Assembly (NCBI GenBank): GCA_020722965.1
Contig: DYJT01000010.1
Location: 1,469 to 65,468 of the forward strand
Source of the DNA: Brachyspira murdochii
GTDB lineage: Bacteria > Spirochaetota > JAAYUW01
Length of the DNA: 64,000 nucleotides
Direction: 5' to 3'
This document shows, one piece after another, positions 10,208 through 20,899 of the stretch; the first letter of the stretch is position 1, and each line of letters opens with the position of its first letter. The position numbers were made by a program, and so were the translations under genes. The notes beneath the pieces are model-generated. The model ran no database searches and was not told the DNA's origin. It saw only the letters and a list, made by a program, of their open reading frames with translations.

Positions 10208-11104
10208 CTATTCCTCGTTTTTTGTTAAATTCAAATATTTGCCTAAAAAAAGATCTAATTTTCTTAAAACTATTGGAGAAAAACCTTCTTTTTTAGTGGT
10301 AATAGCATGCATTAGAGCATATTGACATGAACAATTTTCCTCAAATTTATCCGGCATATTCTCAAATAATTTTATTAGGACGTGATGCACCATTTCATTG
10401 CTTTTTTTCATTGTTTCCAAAACCATCTTTACATTAACCGCTTCTTCTCCTTCTTTCCAGCAATCATAATCAGTTACAGTGGCTAAAAGAGTGTAACAAA
10501 TCTCGGCTTCCCTGAATAATTTTGCTTCAGGTAAAGCAGTCATACCAATTATTCCTGCTTTTAACAGTCTATAAAATTCAGATTCTGCTTTTGTGGAAAA
10601 GGCTGGCCCCTCCATACAGACATAGGTTTCATCTTTATGGACCCTATATCCAAGATTGCTGACAGTTTGATATAGAAATTTAGATAAAACAGGACAAAAA
10701 GGTTGTCCAAATGGAATATGTCCGATAAGTCCATCTTCGAAAAAGGTTGAATCCCTATTCTTTGTTCTATCAAAAATCTGTGAAGGAATTACAAAATCCC
10801 CAGGTTTGATATCTTCTTTTAAGGATCCAACAGCGGAAACTGCAAAAACTTTTTCAACACCTAAATATTTCAAACCCCAAACATTTGCTTTTTGAGGTAT
10901 ATTTGATGGCATTATAGTATGATTCTTCCCATGCCTTGGCAAAAAAGCGATCTTATGTTTTGTACCTTTAAAATATCCAATTGTGACCTTATCCGACATT
11001 TGACCAAACGGAGTAGGAATATCAATCTCCTTTTCTATAACAAGATTTTCTAATTGCAACAACCCTGAACCACCTATAATACCAAATTTAATTTTTTCCA
11101 TCAC
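10208..11104 (-). CDS. mtnP: S-methyl-5'-thioadenosine phosphorylase (PNP/MTAP family)
   Basis: KFGIIGGSGL N-terminus, VSAVGSL and GMTALPEAKLARE-like motifs of MTAP-type phosphorylases. Confidence 0.8.
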   Translation of the reverse strand: MMEKIKFGIIGGSGLLQLENLVIEKEIDIPTPFGQMSDKVTIGYFKGTKHKIAFLPRHGKNHTIMPSNIPQKANVWGLKYLGVEKVFAVSAVGSLKEDIKPGDFVIPSQIFDRTKNRDSTFFEDGLIGHIPFGQPFCPVLSKFLYQTVSNLGYRVHKDETYVCMEGPAFSTKAESEFYRLLKAGIIGMTALPEAKLFREAEICYTLLATVTDYDCWKEGEEAVNVKMVLETMKKSNEMVHHVLIKLFENMPDKFEENCSCQYALMHAITTKKEGFSPIVLRKLDLFLGKYLNLTKNEE

Positions 11105-11140
11105 AACTCCCCATCTTTTTTTAATAGATCAACTTTCAGA

Positions 11141-11407
11141 TTAATCAAGCTCTATTATAAGTATCAACAATTTTTGTAAAAGCATCAATAATAGTATAAT
11201 AAGAATATAACTTAGTCTTATTTTCCCCAACATAAAATTTATCTTTGAATCTAAAGATGAAAAGATAAAATCTGTTTTTGAAATATAAAATCTAGAAATT
11301 TTTGAAAATATATTATTTGAGTTATTTTTTAAAGTCAAAAAGATCATCCTTAAAAATACCAGTAAAATAAGGATTAAAAAAAATGTCGATATTATTATTT
11401 CAGTCAT
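11141..11407 (-). CDS. hypothetical small membrane protein
   Basis: ATGACTGA overlap with yggS stop, GGAGAGAG RBS; two hydrophobic helices; no recognisable family (lacks the YggT proline/SP motif). Confidence 0.35.
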   Translation of the reverse strand: MTEIIISTFFLILILLVFLRMIFLTLKNNSNNIFSKISRFYISKTDFIFSSLDSKINFMLGKIRLSYILIILLLMLLQKLLILIIELD

Positions 11408-12083
11408 AATTTCTCTCTCCAAATATCAAAGAACCAATTCTTATCATATTACTTCCTTCTTCTATGGCTATATCATAATCATTGCTCATCCCCATGGAAA
11501 GAGTGTCGAAATTTAAATTATATTTTATTTGCAAATCCTCATAAATTTTTCTGGTTTTTTTAAAGCTTTTTCTAATCTGATTTTTATCATCTGTCAGTGG
11601 CCCAATAGTCATAAGACCCCTTATCTTAATATCCTTTATTAATCCATTTTCTAAGATTTCCTTGAAAAAATCATCTACTTCATCGAGATTTAATCCTGAT
11701 TTCGTAGACTCTTGTGATGAATTAATCTGGATTAATACATCTGGTCTTTCTTCGTTGTTAAATCTGGCTATTTCCATTAAAAGTTTTATAGAGTCTATAG
11801 ATTGTACTAATGAAAAATCTTTTATCTTTTTAACCTTGTTTGATTGTAAATGCCCAATTAGATGCCATTGAATGTCGTTATATTCTTTCAATTGATCCAT
11901 CTTTAAAAGTGCTTCTTGCACTTTGTTTTCTCCAAATCTTCTTAAACCGTAATCATAAGCCTCGATTATCTTGCTGACTGATTGAGTTTTTGTCACAGCC
12001 AAAATTGTAACTTTTTGCTTAAAAGATGTTTTATCTGATAAATTTTGAACATCTTCAATCAATTTAATTATTCTGTTTTTCAT
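11400..12083 (-). CDS. yggS: YggS-family pyridoxal-phosphate homeostasis protein
   Basis: 227 aa; ILAVTKTQ (PLP lysine) and RRFGENKVQE motifs. Confidence 0.85.
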   Translation of the reverse strand: MKNRIIKLIEDVQNLSDKTSFKQKVTILAVTKTQSVSKIIEAYDYGLRRFGENKVQEALLKMDQLKEYNDIQWHLIGHLQSNKVKKIKDFSLVQSIDSIKLLMEIARFNNEERPDVLIQINSSQESTKSGLNLDEVDDFFKEILENGLIKDIKIRGLMTIGPLTDDKNQIRKSFKKTRKIYEDLQIKYNLNFDTLSMGMSNDYDIAIEEGSNMIRIGSLIFGERNYD

Positions 12084-12228
12084 AATTTCTAATAAGATAA
12101 TTAATCAATGCAAATTTTTTTCAATAAATTTTATTTGTTTGACGATTCATATAATAGCTTTATTTGAAAATTGAAATATATTATATATAATAAATTTAGA
12201 AAAAGTATTTACAATTTGGGAGAATAAA

Positions 12229-13416
12229 TTGAGCGCTAATATATCATCAAGAGTTGAAAAAGAATATATAATTGACATTTTATTTAGTAAAAAAATTCCA
12301 TTATCATTTTTTATTAAAGAGAAATATGAATTTTCTGGTACAATTTTTAGATATGATGCTTTTACAATAACAATTTTACATAATTGTAAATTGCCTTTAT
12401 CTATTTATCAAAAACTAAATTTTATATTTTTTGTCAGAGATAATAGACATATGTTTACTTCGACGATTAAATCTATTGTAAACTCTCAAACATTTGTTAT
12501 TTCTTTTCCTGATAATATTATTAGAAATATTCAGAGAAGGCATCAAAGGGTAAAAATTAACGAAAATAAAGTTTCGGTTGTTTTCAAATCTAAAACCGAA
12601 CATTTAGACTTTCCTGAAACAACTACATTCAAGATTTTTGATGAGTCATTACTAAAACTTGAAACAATTGACAATATACAAGATTTAATCGACGGTTTTA
12701 GAAGGAAAATGACTGTTTTTTCGAAAAACGCTATAGTAATATTTAAAAACAGAAATCCTTCTACACTTGAAGAATTTCTTATAGTTAAGAGTGGCAAATC
12801 TTTTTATATTCCAAATAGCTTTAAATATTTTCCCGATTCTCAGGTTTATGATGTGGAAAAAGTCATTGTTAATGAGGATATAATTGAATATTATAAATTA
12901 CTTGGGAATGATTCCAATGTCGCTTCACAAAAGATTAATCAACTTTTGCTATTAAAACAAAAGAAAAATATACTTTCTGAATTATATTACCCAGTTATCT
13001 ACAAGAAATTTGTAATAGGTTATCTATATCTTATGAATGAAACTGAGAAAAACTCTCAAATCGCATTTAGCATAATAAATAATCTTGAAGAATTTTCTAA
13101 AATCTTAATAGCATCTCTAATTAAAAACAACTATTTTACGAGAACAGAATACTTAAATGTCGAATCAGATATTGTCGATATCTCTGCCGGAGGGATGCAG
13201 TTTTTTTCTGATGATAAAAGCCTTTCATCTAATGTATTTGAAAAAGATGATATACAGCTCAATTTTAAGCTAGAAGATACCATATTTTCATTAAAAGGTT
13301 TTGTCAGAAGAAGATGGAAAGAGAATGAAAATTGGTACTATGGAATTCAATTTGATGATACTCAAACTGACCAGATCGATAATTTAAAAAGAATTATATA
13401 CAAAAAAAATGATTAG
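12229..13416 (+). CDS. tandem PilZ-like domain protein (putative c-di-GMP effector)
   Basis: TTG start after GGGAGA; N-terminal half has IQRRHQRVKINE (RRxxxR-like) but no DxSxGG; C-terminal half has canonical DISAGGMQF plus PilZ beta-barrel pattern (KGFVRRRW...YGIQF) but a degenerate RxxxR. Confidence 0.6.
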   Translation: MSANISSRVEKEYIIDILFSKKIPLSFFIKEKYEFSGTIFRYDAFTITILHNCKLPLSIYQKLNFIFFVRDNRHMFTSTIKSIVNSQTFVISFPDNIIRNIQRRHQRVKINENKVSVVFKSKTEHLDFPETTTFKIFDESLLKLETIDNIQDLIDGFRRKMTVFSKNAIVIFKNRNPSTLEEFLIVKSGKSFYIPNSFKYFPDSQVYDVEKVIVNEDIIEYYKLLGNDSNVASQKINQLLLLKQKKNILSELYYPVIYKKFVIGYLYLMNETEKNSQIAFSIINNLEEFSKILIASLIKNNYFTRTEYLNVESDIVDISAGGMQFFSDDKSLSSNVFEKDDIQLNFKLEDTIFSLKGFVRRRWKENENWYYGIQFDDTQTDQIDNLKRIIYKKND

Positions 13417-13961
13417 AGATTCGATTTTTCTTCTGATCTTTCATTATTTATGAATATAAGATAGCTTTCATATATTATATAAGAAAATAATGAAGATAGA
13501 TTATTAATCTTGATCTTTTCCTTATTGATATTTACAATACTTTTAATCCCAATCTCTTTTATCTGGGATATTAAAGATTTGAAGTTTTTGATCTTGTCAT
13601 TTTCCTTTAAAGGTAGAAAATTGATCAAGAAACTAGAAAATAGTATAGAATTTAATATATTTAATATCTGGATTATAAGCAAATTTGAGTCAACCGAAAG
13701 ATCAATTGTTTTAAGATTACCGTAAAATAGACTTGTAAAAAACTTGAAAAATACTATTGAAATAATCAAAAAAGAGCTTTTAAATAATAGATTTAAAAAT
13801 CTTTTAAATTTAAAAATTACAATATAAATAGATAAATAAAATACTAAAATTATAATTTTTAAATATATTGGTGAAAAAATTGAATATAGAAAAATGGAAA
13901 AGTTTATAAAAAAGATAAAAAATCTGGCAAGATGCCAGATCTTATCTTTATCGCAATACAT
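13413..13961 (-). CDS. hypothetical membrane protein appended downstream of rplQ
   Basis: ATG 1 nt after rplQ stop; about 4 N-terminal TM helices plus Lys/Ile-rich soluble domain; stop codon overlaps the stop of the convergent PilZ gene. Confidence 0.45.
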   Translation of the reverse strand: MYCDKDKIWHLARFFIFFINFSIFLYSIFSPIYLKIIILVFYLSIYIVIFKFKRFLNLLFKSSFLIISIVFFKFFTSLFYGNLKTIDLSVDSNLLIIQILNILNSILFSSFLINFLPLKENDKIKNFKSLISQIKEIGIKSIVNINKEKIKINNLSSLFSYIIYESYLIFINNERSEEKSNL

Positions 13962-13962
13962 C

Positions 13963-14322
13963 TTACTCTGATAATATTTCAATGATAGCCATAGGTGAAT
14001 TATCACCTTTTCTGAAACCAGTCTTAATTATTCTGGTATATCCACCATTTCTATTTTTAAATTTTGGTCCAATTTCCGTAAACAATTTTATCAAAGCAGT
14101 CTTATTCTGAACTGTTTTTCTGGCTATTCTTCTATTATGAACCGAGTCCTCAATTTTTGCTCTTGTAATCAATTTCTCAACATTTGATCTCAGATATCTA
14201 GCTTTTGGCAATGTGGTTTCGATCTTTCCATATAATAATAAAGAGGTAATCATATTCCTCAGCATAGCTTCTCTGTGAGATTTGTCTCTTCCAAATTTTG
14301 CTTTATTTACTAGATGTCTCAT
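13963..14322 (-). CDS. rplQ: 50S ribosomal protein L17
   Basis: MRHLVNKAKFGRDKSHREAMLRNM... L17 signature. Confidence 0.95.
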   Translation of the reverse strand: MRHLVNKAKFGRDKSHREAMLRNMITSLLLYGKIETTLPKARYLRSNVEKLITRAKIEDSVHNRRIARKTVQNKTALIKLFTEIGPKFKNRNGGYTRIIKTGFRKGDNSPMAIIEILSE

Positions 14323-14346
14323 ATTCTTATCCTTAAACTTAAAATT

Positions 14347-15402
14347 TTATTCTTTTTCTTTTTTGTATATTTTATCTATTCTTTCTATATCTTCTTTCAT
14401 ATTAAGAGATAAACCTTTTTCTTTAAGCTTATCTAATACAGTTTCTAGTGATTTTTTCCCAAAATTCTTCAAATTTTCAATTTCAGATTCGGTTTTTAAC
14501 AATAAATCTCTAAATGTTCTAATATTTGCAGAATTAAAGCAATTTTTTATTCGCTCGGTGAATTCAAGAACATCAAGTGATTGATCTAACAATTGAATAA
14601 GTTTGGTATCCTTATCATTCATGGATTCATCACTTATTGATTCAATATCAAAAATTTCTTTTTCATCTTTAACACTACTGATAAATTTATAAAAATATTG
14701 AATAAGTATATAGGATGATTGCTCTAAAGCTTCTTTAGGTTTTATTGTACCATCGGTCCATACTTCTAATACTAAAGATTCATAATCGGTAATATTTTCA
14801 ACCCTTGCGGATTCTATATTAAAATTAACCTTTTTTATAGGAGAAAAAATCGAATCTATTGGGATAACTCCAATTTTATCTAAAAGACCTAATTTTTTTT
14901 CAGCTGAAATGAACCCTTTACCCCATTCAACAGTATATTCTATAAATATCTTACCTTCTTTTGTAATATTAAAAAGATATGTATCGGGATTGACTATAAT
15001 CATATCGGAATTACCAAGTACACTGGCATTTACCTCAGAAGGACCCGAAATTTCAATACTAAAGGTTTTTATTTTAGCCTCGCTATTAAGTAAAAATCTT
15101 ACCTTTTTCAGATTACTTATTATTGTCAATGTATCTTCTAATACTATATTTGGTATATTATCAAACTCAGATTTTACGAAATTTCTTTTTTCACCTTTTG
15201 CCTGGTACTCAATTTTAATACTGGAAATAGCATAACCATGAAGAGAAGATAACAAAACTCTTCTCAAACTATTTCCAATAGTTATACCATAACCCTTTTC
15301 AAGAGGTTTCATTATAAATCTTCCAAAATATTCATCCTCTTCACTAGATTCGAAGATTATATTAGAAGGAAGCTGGAGATGCTGTAATATATTTTTATCC
15401 AT
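14347..15402 (-). CDS. rpoA: DNA-directed RNA polymerase subunit alpha
   Basis: 351 aa; GYGITIGNSLRRVLLSS N-terminal domain motif; follows rpsD/rpsK. Confidence 0.95.
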   Translation of the reverse strand: MDKNILQHLQLPSNIIFESSEEDEYFGRFIMKPLEKGYGITIGNSLRRVLLSSLHGYAISSIKIEYQAKGEKRNFVKSEFDNIPNIVLEDTLTIISNLKKVRFLLNSEAKIKTFSIEISGPSEVNASVLGNSDMIIVNPDTYLFNITKEGKIFIEYTVEWGKGFISAEKKLGLLDKIGVIPIDSIFSPIKKVNFNIESARVENITDYESLVLEVWTDGTIKPKEALEQSSYILIQYFYKFISSVKDEKEIFDIESISDESMNDKDTKLIQLLDQSLDVLEFTERIKNCFNSANIRTFRDLLLKTESEIENLKNFGKKSLETVLDKLKEKGLSLNMKEDIERIDKIYKKEKE

Positions 15403-15419
15403 TAGTCCCTCTTTTTCAA

Positions 15420-16040
15420 CTATTTAGAATAGAATTCTACGACTAACTGTTCGTCAAAATTCTGAGGTATATCTCTTCTTACTGGTAATCTTAATATTTT
15501 CCCTTCCTTTGACTCAAAATCAAATGTCAACCACTCTGTATCTGGCTTAGAATCTTTATTCTGTTCTATTATAGCTTGTAGTTCTTTGTTTTTTTGACCA
15601 TGTGAAGAGATTGTAATTACATCATTAGCATTAACAGAATATGAAGGAATATTTATTGTTTTACCATTAACATTGAACATCCCATGTAAGACAAACTGTC
15701 TTGCTTGATTTCTTGATTTAGCAATATTCATTCTGTATATAGTATTATCTAATCTTGCCTCTAAAAGTGAAAGAAGATTTTCACCTGTTAAACCCTGTCT
15801 ATTTCTTAAAGCCCTGGAGAAATAAACCCTAAATTGTCTTTCAAGAACACCGTAATATCTTTTAATTTTTTGTTTTTCTCTTAATTGAACTCCATAGTCA
15901 GAGAGCTTCATATTTCTACTCTTAATAAATCTTTTTTTATCAATAGGGCATTTTTTTGTGTAGCATCTATCACCTTTTAAAAAAAGTTTATCCCATTCTC
16001 TTCGGCATAGTTTACACTTATTTTCGTAATTTCTTGCCAT
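15420..16040 (-). CDS. rpsD: 30S ribosomal protein S4
   Basis: MARNYENKCKLCRREW zinc-type S4 N-terminus. Confidence 0.95.
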   Translation of the reverse strand: MARNYENKCKLCRREWDKLFLKGDRCYTKKCPIDKKRFIKSRNMKLSDYGVQLREKQKIKRYYGVLERQFRVYFSRALRNRQGLTGENLLSLLEARLDNTIYRMNIAKSRNQARQFVLHGMFNVNGKTINIPSYSVNANDVITISSHGQKNKELQAIIEQNKDSKPDTEWLTFDFESKEGKILRLPVRRDIPQNFDEQLVVEFYSK

Positions 16041-16074
16041 ATATTTATAAACCCCTTTATAGTTATATTATAAT

Positions 16075-16458
16075 TTACATTCTTCTTTTTTTTCTAGGTC
16101 TACAACCATTGTGAGGAATAGGTGTAACATCGGTAATCCCTCTTACAACAAGCCCATTTTGAGCTAATGCTCTTATAGCAGCTTCTCTTCCCATACCTGG
16201 ACCATTAACAAAGACCTCTACTTCTCTTAAACCATAATCTTTAATGGAATTAACGGCTGTTTCAACTACTATTTGAGCCGCAAAAGGAGTTGACTTTTTA
16301 GCCCCTCTAAAATTATTTGTTCCAGAACTTGACCATCCTATGACATTGCCGTTATTGTCGGTAAAAGTAACAATTGTATTGTTGAATGAGCAATTCAAAT
16401 AGCATCTACCATATGGTACTATATGTTTTGTTTTTTTCTTTGTATTTTGTTTTGCCAT
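16075..16458 (-). CDS. rpsK: 30S ribosomal protein S11
   Basis: conserved S11 core [20 protein letters not shown]. Confidence 0.95.
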   Translation of the reverse strand: MAKQNTKKKTKHIVPYGRCYLNCSFNNTIVTFTDNNGNVIGWSSSGTNNFRGAKKSTPFAAQIVVETAVNSIKDYGLREVEVFVNGPGMGREAAIRALAQNGLVVRGITDVTPIPHNGCRPRKKRRM

Positions 16459-16465
16459 ATCCTAC

Positions 16466-16852
16466 TTACTCCTTTGCAGCAACTTTCTTTTTCTTAGCAC
16501 CAATTCTATTACCTCTTGGGCCTTTCCTTGTTCTGGAATTAGTTCTAGTTCTTTGGCCTCTGGTCGGTAAACTTGCTTGATGTCTAAGTCCTCTATAACA
16601 TCTAATATCTTTCAATCTTTTTATATTCAATGCTATTTCGTTTTTTAAATCACCCTCAACTTTCAATGTTTTTTCAATGATAGACCTTAGTTTCTGGATT
16701 TCATCATCTGATAAATCATTGGTTCTCTTATTTTTATCAATATTTGCTTCTTTAAGTAATTTGTTAGAAGTAGATCTACCAATACCAAAAATATAGGTTA
16801 GAGCGACTTCAATTCTCTTGTTTGGTAATTCAACACCAGCTATTCGAGCCAT
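16466..16852 (-). CDS. rpsM: 30S ribosomal protein S13
   Basis: [25 protein letters not shown]. Confidence 0.95.
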   Translation of the reverse strand: MARIAGVELPNKRIEVALTYIFGIGRSTSNKLLKEANIDKNKRTNDLSDDEIQKLRSIIEKTLKVEGDLKNEIALNIKRLKDIRCYRGLRHQASLPTRGQRTRTNSRTRKGPRGNRIGAKKKKVAAKE

Positions 16853-16868
16853 CTATATTCCTCCTAAA

Positions 16869-16982
16869 TTAACCCTGTCTTTGTTTATGTTTTGGATTTT
16901 CACAAATAACTCTAACTACACCCTGTCTTTTAACAATCTTGCATTTATCACAAATTTTTTTAACAGACGAACGAACTTTCAT
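16869..16982 (-). CDS. rpmJ: 50S ribosomal protein L36 (zinc-binding form)
   Basis: 37-aa [40 protein letters not shown] found by hand (below ORF-track cutoff). Confidence 0.9.
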   Translation of the reverse strand: MKVRSSVKKICDKCKIVKRQGVVRVICENPKHKQRQG

Positions 16983-17033
16983 CTAAACCTCCAAAAATAA
17001 ATCAATAAAAATATCTTTCTACTAAAACTCTCT

Positions 17034-17252
17034 TTATTTTATTCGATATGTAATTCTACCTTTAGTTAGATCATAAGGAGAAAGTTCTACCTGAACTCTA
17101 TCCCCCTGAAGAAGTCTTATGTTATACATACGCAGTTTGCCAGCTAAATGCGCAGTAATAACATGACCGTTATCCAATTTAACCTTAAAGAGAGTTTTGG
17201 GTAAAACCTCTACTACTTCCCCCTGAAGAGTTATTACATCTTCCTTTGGCAT
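17034..17252 (-). CDS. infA: translation initiation factor IF-1
   Basis: 72 aa, [18 protein letters not shown]... Confidence 0.95.
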   Translation of the reverse strand: MPKEDVITLQGEVVEVLPKTLFKVKLDNGHVITAHLAGKLRMYNIRLLQGDRVQVELSPYDLTKGRITYRIK

Positions 17253-17899
17253 TATTTAACTTTCCCCTTTAATAATTGATAAATATCATTATAAACTGTT
17301 TCGACTGATCTATCACCATCTATTTCATAAAGAGAATTTTTTTCAATAAGCTTATTAATAACAGGTAATGTTTTGTTTTTATATTCTTCTATTCTTTTAA
17401 CTATAACCGAATATGTGTCATCTTTTCTTTGATATAATTTTCCACCACACAATTTGCAACTTTGTACATCTTTGTCAAGTTCTATATTGTAAATTGCTCC
17501 GCAAGATTCACATATTCTTCTTGAAGTTATTCTCTTGATAATTTTTTCTTCATCACATTTTAAATATAGGTGAACAATTTCAACTTCACCAATCGATTCC
17601 AGTTCTTTATTAACTAATTCTAATTGATTCAAGGTTCTTGGATAACCATCTATTATATAATTCTTATCATAACCCTTTTCATTTAAAGTATTAAAGAAAA
17701 TCTCGTTAATTAGCTCATCTGGAACCAATTTCCCTTCAGATACAAAGTTATTTAAGTTTTCCCATCCTTTTTTTTTATTATTTATTATATCTCTAAGTAG
17801 ATCACCTGTCGAAAGATGGATAAAATTAATATTTTTTATAATTAACTCACTCTGAGTCCCTTTACCAGAACCAGGCAAGCCATAAAAGAAAAGTATCAT
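17252..17899 (-). CDS. adk: adenylate kinase (Zn-lid form)
   Basis: [11 protein letters not shown]-loop; CESCG...CKLCGG zinc lid. Confidence 0.95.
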   Translation of the reverse strand: MILFFYGLPGSGKGTQSELIIKNINFIHLSTGDLLRDIINNKKKGWENLNNFVSEGKLVPDELINEIFFNTLNEKGYDKNYIIDGYPRTLNQLELVNKELESIGEVEIVHLYLKCDEEKIIKRITSRRICESCGAIYNIELDKDVQSCKLCGGKLYQRKDDTYSVIVKRIEEYKNKTLPVINKLIEKNSLYEIDGDRSVETVYNDIYQLLKGKVK

Positions 17900-17904
17900 C
17901 TAAA

Positions 17905-19275
17905 TTATCCTCTTAACCTGAATCTTCTTATACTCTCAAGTCTGGTTGCTATATCAAAAGCTACACCAGCGGTAATCAATATTGAAGTACCACCCATGAT
18001 GTAAGTAAATTCATGTGGTAAATTAAATAATTTATTTACCACATCTGGAACAGCAGCTATAAAAGCGAGGAATATTGCACCTGGTAGAATAATTCTATTA
18101 ACTGTTCTTTGAATTTCAGGGGCGATATCTCCACCAGCTCTTTTACCTTTTAATGTTCTTCCAGATTTTGAAAGATAATTTGCAATATCTGTAGGATTCA
18201 ATTGAAACTGTGAATAAAAATATGTGAACAATATAATTAAAATTGTGTTTAATAATATATACCAACCATTTCCAGGATATAATGCAACAACTATCTTTTG
18301 AATAAAAGCAGATTTACCTACAAATGGTGCAAGAATTTGACCGGGAAATTGTAAAAATACAGAAGCAAAAATAATAGGAATAACACCTGCTGGGTTTATA
18401 GGTATATTCAATGGGAAAGCTGGAATCATTGCAACCTTACCGCCTCTGATTGCCTTTGAACCGCCAACCATCATCTTCCTTTTCCCTCTTTGAACATAAA
18501 TTATAAGAATAATTATGAATACAGACATTATTAAAACAACGATCATAAGGAAAATATTTCTTTCAGTTGCGGTTTTATAAAGCTGTCTTAAAGCAGATGG
18601 CATTCTCGAGATAATACCTGCAAATATAATTATCGAAGCACCATTACCTATTCCAAACTCATCAATCTTATCGCCAAGCCAGATCAAAAACATAGTACCT
18701 GAAGTTATAGCGAGAACGGATACGGCGTAGAATAAAGGTATTGAATTAATAAGAATAAATGGAGTTGTAGATGCGGCATTTTGTTCAATCATATATTTTA
18801 TAAATAAAGAAGATTGAACGGCAGCAAGAACGATAGTCAATGCTCTTGACCAGAATTGCATAAAATCTTTACCTTTTTCTTGATCATCCTGCATCATATC
18901 TTTCCATGCTGGTACTATTGACATTAGCAATTGCATGATGATTTCAGCAGATATGTAAGGCATAATACCCAATGTAAAAAGAGTAAATCTTCTTAAAGCG
19001 CCACCAGCAAACATATCTATAAAATCCATCAAGCCACCAGCAGTAGCATTAACAGCCTGTGCTAAGGCATTAACATCAATTCCAGGAACAGGGAGATGGG
19101 CACCAAGACGATAAATGACAAGGATAAACAAAGTTATTAAAAATTTAAATCTTACTTCTTTTATCTCAAAAATTGCGGCAAGACCAGAAAGGACGGTAAA
19201 ACTTGCCCCGTCAATTTCTTTTGGACCGCCAGGCATCATTATTCTCTTTTTGTTTTTGCCCATTAAATCCTCCAA
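17905..19275 (-). CDS. secY: preprotein translocase subunit SecY
   Basis: 456 aa, 10-TM SecY topology and motifs; between rplO and adk. Confidence 0.95.
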   Translation of the reverse strand: MEDLMGKNKKRIMMPGGPKEIDGASFTVLSGLAAIFEIKEVRFKFLITLFILVIYRLGAHLPVPGIDVNALAQAVNATAGGLMDFIDMFAGGALRRFTLFTLGIMPYISAEIIMQLLMSIVPAWKDMMQDDQEKGKDFMQFWSRALTIVLAAVQSSLFIKYMIEQNAASTTPFILINSIPLFYAVSVLAITSGTMFLIWLGDKIDEFGIGNGASIIIFAGIISRMPSALRQLYKTATERNIFLMIVVLIMSVFIIILIIYVQRGKRKMMVGGSKAIRGGKVAMIPAFPLNIPINPAGVIPIIFASVFLQFPGQILAPFVGKSAFIQKIVVALYPGNGWYILLNTILIILFTYFYSQFQLNPTDIANYLSKSGRTLKGKRAGGDIAPEIQRTVNRIILPGAIFLAFIAAVPDVVNKLFNLPHEFTYIMGGTSILITAGVAFDIATRLESIRRFRLRG

Positions 19276-19752
19276 TTATTGCAAAACAACTTTTCCACCG
19301 GCTTTTTCAATTATTGATTTTGAATTTTCTGTTATCTTATCGAATAAAAGTTTCTTTTTCCCTTTCATTATTGTTCTTAATTGAATAGTAATCGATTTAT
19401 CAAGTGGTAAATTACCAAGAATTTTAAATGGTTTATCAAGATTTTTAATCAAACCTTTTTCATAAAGGTCTAAATTTGTTATATTACTTCCATTTTCAAA
19501 GACAACTAGAAGATCAATACTGACTTCTTGATATTCTTTTTTGAATGGATAGTTACTGAATCCTCTTTTAGGGATTCTTCGATATAAAGGCATCTGACCA
19601 CCTTCAAAACCAGCTTTTCGTGAATATCCTTTTCTCGATTTCTGCCCTTTGTTTCCTTTACCTGAAGTTGTCCCTAATCCTGAAGCCTGACCTCTACCAA
19701 GTCTTTTTCTTTCTTTGGTTGCGCCAGCTGCATTTTTTAATTTTATTTCCAT
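19276..19752 (-). CDS. rplO: 50S ribosomal protein L15
   Basis: [22 protein letters not shown]. Confidence 0.95.
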   Translation of the reverse strand: MEIKLKNAAGATKERKRLGRGQASGLGTTSGKGNKGQKSRKGYSRKAGFEGGQMPLYRRIPKRGFSNYPFKKEYQEVSIDLLVVFENGSNITNLDLYEKGLIKNLDKPFKILGNLPLDKSITIQLRTIMKGKKKLLFDKITENSKSIIEKAGGKVVLQ

Positions 19753-19779
19753 AATATTAATCCTCTCTTAAGAATCTTT

Positions 19780-19962
19780 TTATGCCTCTTCGACTTTTAA
19801 AAGAAATGAGATCTTTTTTATCATCCCTAAAATAGAGGGATTTTGTTCTTTAATTAGAGTTTGGTGCATCCTTTTAAATCCAAGTGCTTTAGCAGTAGCT
19901 CTAATGTTTTTATTGTACCCTATTGGGGATTTTATCAAAGTAACAGATATTTTCTTTCCCAT
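19780..19962 (-). CDS. rpmD: 50S ribosomal protein L30
   Basis: 60 aa; IKSPIGYNKNIRATAKALGF. Confidence 0.9.
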   Translation of the reverse strand: MGKKISVTLIKSPIGYNKNIRATAKALGFKRMHQTLIKEQNPSILGMIKKISFLLKVEEA

Positions 19963-19980
19963 AATGAACTCCAGATAAGG

Positions 19981-20499
19981 TTATTTAAATAAATCTTTTG
20001 GCTCAACATTTCGTGTGATTGCGACTTCTTCTTTAGTCTTCATTTTTTGAAGAGCCATAATTGTCGCTTTAACAAGATTTATAGGGCTATTTGATCCCAA
20101 TGATTTTGTTAAAATATTATTTATTCCTGCTGCTTCAAGAACAGCTCTAATTGGACTGCAGGCGATAATTCCTGTACCAGGTGCTGCAGGTTTTAAAAGA
20201 ACAACAGTGGATTTATATTTAAATGTTATAGGAAAGGGAATAGTAACATTTTCCCCTTTCTCGCCAGTTCGCTTTATCTTTACTTCACAGAGATTTCTTT
20301 TGGCATGCCTTGTGGCTTTTGTTATAGCCATAGGAACTTCTTTAGCCTTTCCAAATCCGTATCCAACATTACCATTTCTGTCGCCAACAACGACTAAGGC
20401 ATTAAAAGAAAACCTTCTTCCACCTTTTACAACTTTGGCTGTTCTACCAAGCCTTACAGTTTTTTCTATGATTTCTCTATCAGCAAAATTCGCACTCAT
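19981..20499 (-). CDS. rpsE: 30S ribosomal protein S5
   Basis: [22 protein letters not shown]. Confidence 0.95.
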   Translation of the reverse strand: MSANFADREIIEKTVRLGRTAKVVKGGRRFSFNALVVVGDRNGNVGYGFGKAKEVPMAITKATRHAKRNLCEVKIKRTGEKGENVTIPFPITFKYKSTVVLLKPAAPGTGIIACSPIRAVLEAAGINNILTKSLGSNSPINLVKATIMALQKMKTKEEVAITRNVEPKDLFK

Positions 20500-20523
20500 C
20501 GAATTACTCCTTATTTTACAAAC

Positions 20524-20877
20524 CTAAAATGTTATCCCTGTTTTTCTAACAGCATCAGCAAAAGCTTTTATCTTACCATGATATAGAAAACCATTTCTAT
20601 CAAAAACAACTGTTTTTATCCCTTTTTCAACCAATATTTTACCAAAATCCTCTCCAAATTTTTCAGCTAGCTTAACATTACAAGGACTGCCTATTTTCTT
20701 ACTTGAAGAACCATAAATGGTAAAACCCTTAGAGTCATCAATAACTTGTGCATAAAGATAAAGATTGCTTCTATAAACTACAAGCCTTGGTCTTGATTCT
20801 GTACCAGTTATATTATTTTTGCTTCGAAATCTTCTACGAATTTTTCTTTCTTTTTTAATTTCAATTTTATCGATCAT
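20524..20877 (-). CDS. rplR: 50S ribosomal protein L18
   Basis: 117 aa, RPRLVVYRSNLYLYAQVIDD. Confidence 0.95.
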   Translation of the reverse strand: MIDKIEIKKERKIRRRFRSKNNITGTESRPRLVVYRSNLYLYAQVIDDSKGFTIYGSSSKKIGSPCNVKLAEKFGEDFGKILVEKGIKTVVFDRNGFLYHGKIKAFADAVRKTGITF

Positions 20878-20899
20878 ATTAATAGCTCCTTAAAAGCTT

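Noticed and set aside
11141-11422. YggT-family assignment for the small membrane protein downstream of yggS
   Set aside because: Positional analogy to yggS-yggT is tempting, but the sequence lacks the Pro-rich PxxGxDxSP signature of YggT, so left as hypothetical.
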